Source of the DNA: Hydrolagus affinis
Lineage: Eukaryota
Length of the DNA: 64,000 nucleotides
Assembly: GCA_012026655.1 (NCBI GenBank)
Contig: JAAILG010001607.1
Coordinates: forward strand, 1-64,000
Reading direction: 5' to 3'
In this document: positions 63,220-64,000 of the stretch, in pieces
How the letters are laid out: each line of letters starts with the position of its first letter
How positions within the stretch are numbered: the stretch's first letter is position 1
Translations under genes and position numbers: made by a program
Notes under the pieces: generated by a model
The model's input: only the letters and a program-made list of their open reading frames with translations
Told to the model about the DNA's origin: nothing
The model's database searches: none

Positions 63220-64000
63220 CTTGGAACAAAGAAAGATACACAAGATTTTCATACAAATCATCCTTAAGGTTTGAAAACACTTTTTTTCTAAATCAGAGAG
63301 CTGCTTCTTATCCTGATTATTGATAACACAAATCCACTGTTTCTCACAGATGTGCTGATAAATGCTTTTTAAATATATTCCCTTATCCAGAGTCAAAGCA
63401 GGTCATAAATTCCCTCTATCACCAACAAACAGGAGTCTTATTCCTATTGACACATGAATGAGGCTCAGCAAATTGGAAGAAAATGCTAAACTTTAACTGC
63501 AGTGCCATAGTCGCTGCATATCCAACTAAGGCTTAGAATTTTGCTCCAATTTGCTGAGCAGCAAGTACCTCTAACTCTACACAGTATGTCAGTCTGGCTC
63601 ATTGAGGTGGTTGTGGGTTCAAACCCCAAATTGGGACTTGAGCTGCAGGTTTAAGTTGATATTTGAAGGCAGTTCTACGGAACATAATTTTGCTTATAAA
63701 TGTAATGTTGTTGTTATAGGGAACATAAAATAATAACTTGATATAGACTTGATACATCGATATAGCCCTTCAAATGCTCTTCAAAGTCTCAAATTAACTT
63801 CTGATTTGAAACAAATCATCAGTTTTGCACGTCACTAAATCACAAGATCACATGTTTAGTTCAGACGAAGAAGGCCCCTTTGACCTATCTGATCTCATTC
63901 TTCCAGAATACTATTGCCATCACCCTGCCATCCTTCCATCACAGCTGTTTTGGAAATGAGTCAGTGGATGCAGCCTTCCTTATTTTACTGATATCCTTGA

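Overview
This is AT-rich vertebrate nuclear DNA. The repeat families point to a cartilaginous fish, possibly a chimaera (inference from recalled repeat consensus sequences). Most of the window is decayed retroelements: 5'-truncated L2-clade LINEs of two 3'-end types, CR1 LINEs (including a near-full-length fossil at ~40.3-43.9 kb), a young tRNA-derived SINE, older DeuSINE/SacSINE1-like SINEs, a TA-flanked Tc1/mariner-type MITE, a Penelope-like fragment with a degenerate hammerhead core, and one repeat family I cannot classify. I recognise no intact protein-coding gene; most long ORFs in the track are LINE fragments or chance. The unique sequence does hold a series of minus-strand exon-like blocks with canonical splice signals. 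The best three (8562-8479, 4005-3902, 1620-1397) join in phase 0 if one 1-nt deletion and one nonsense codon are accepted, which suggests a disabled multi-exon gene of unknown identity. Repeat boundaries were set by eye and are approximate.
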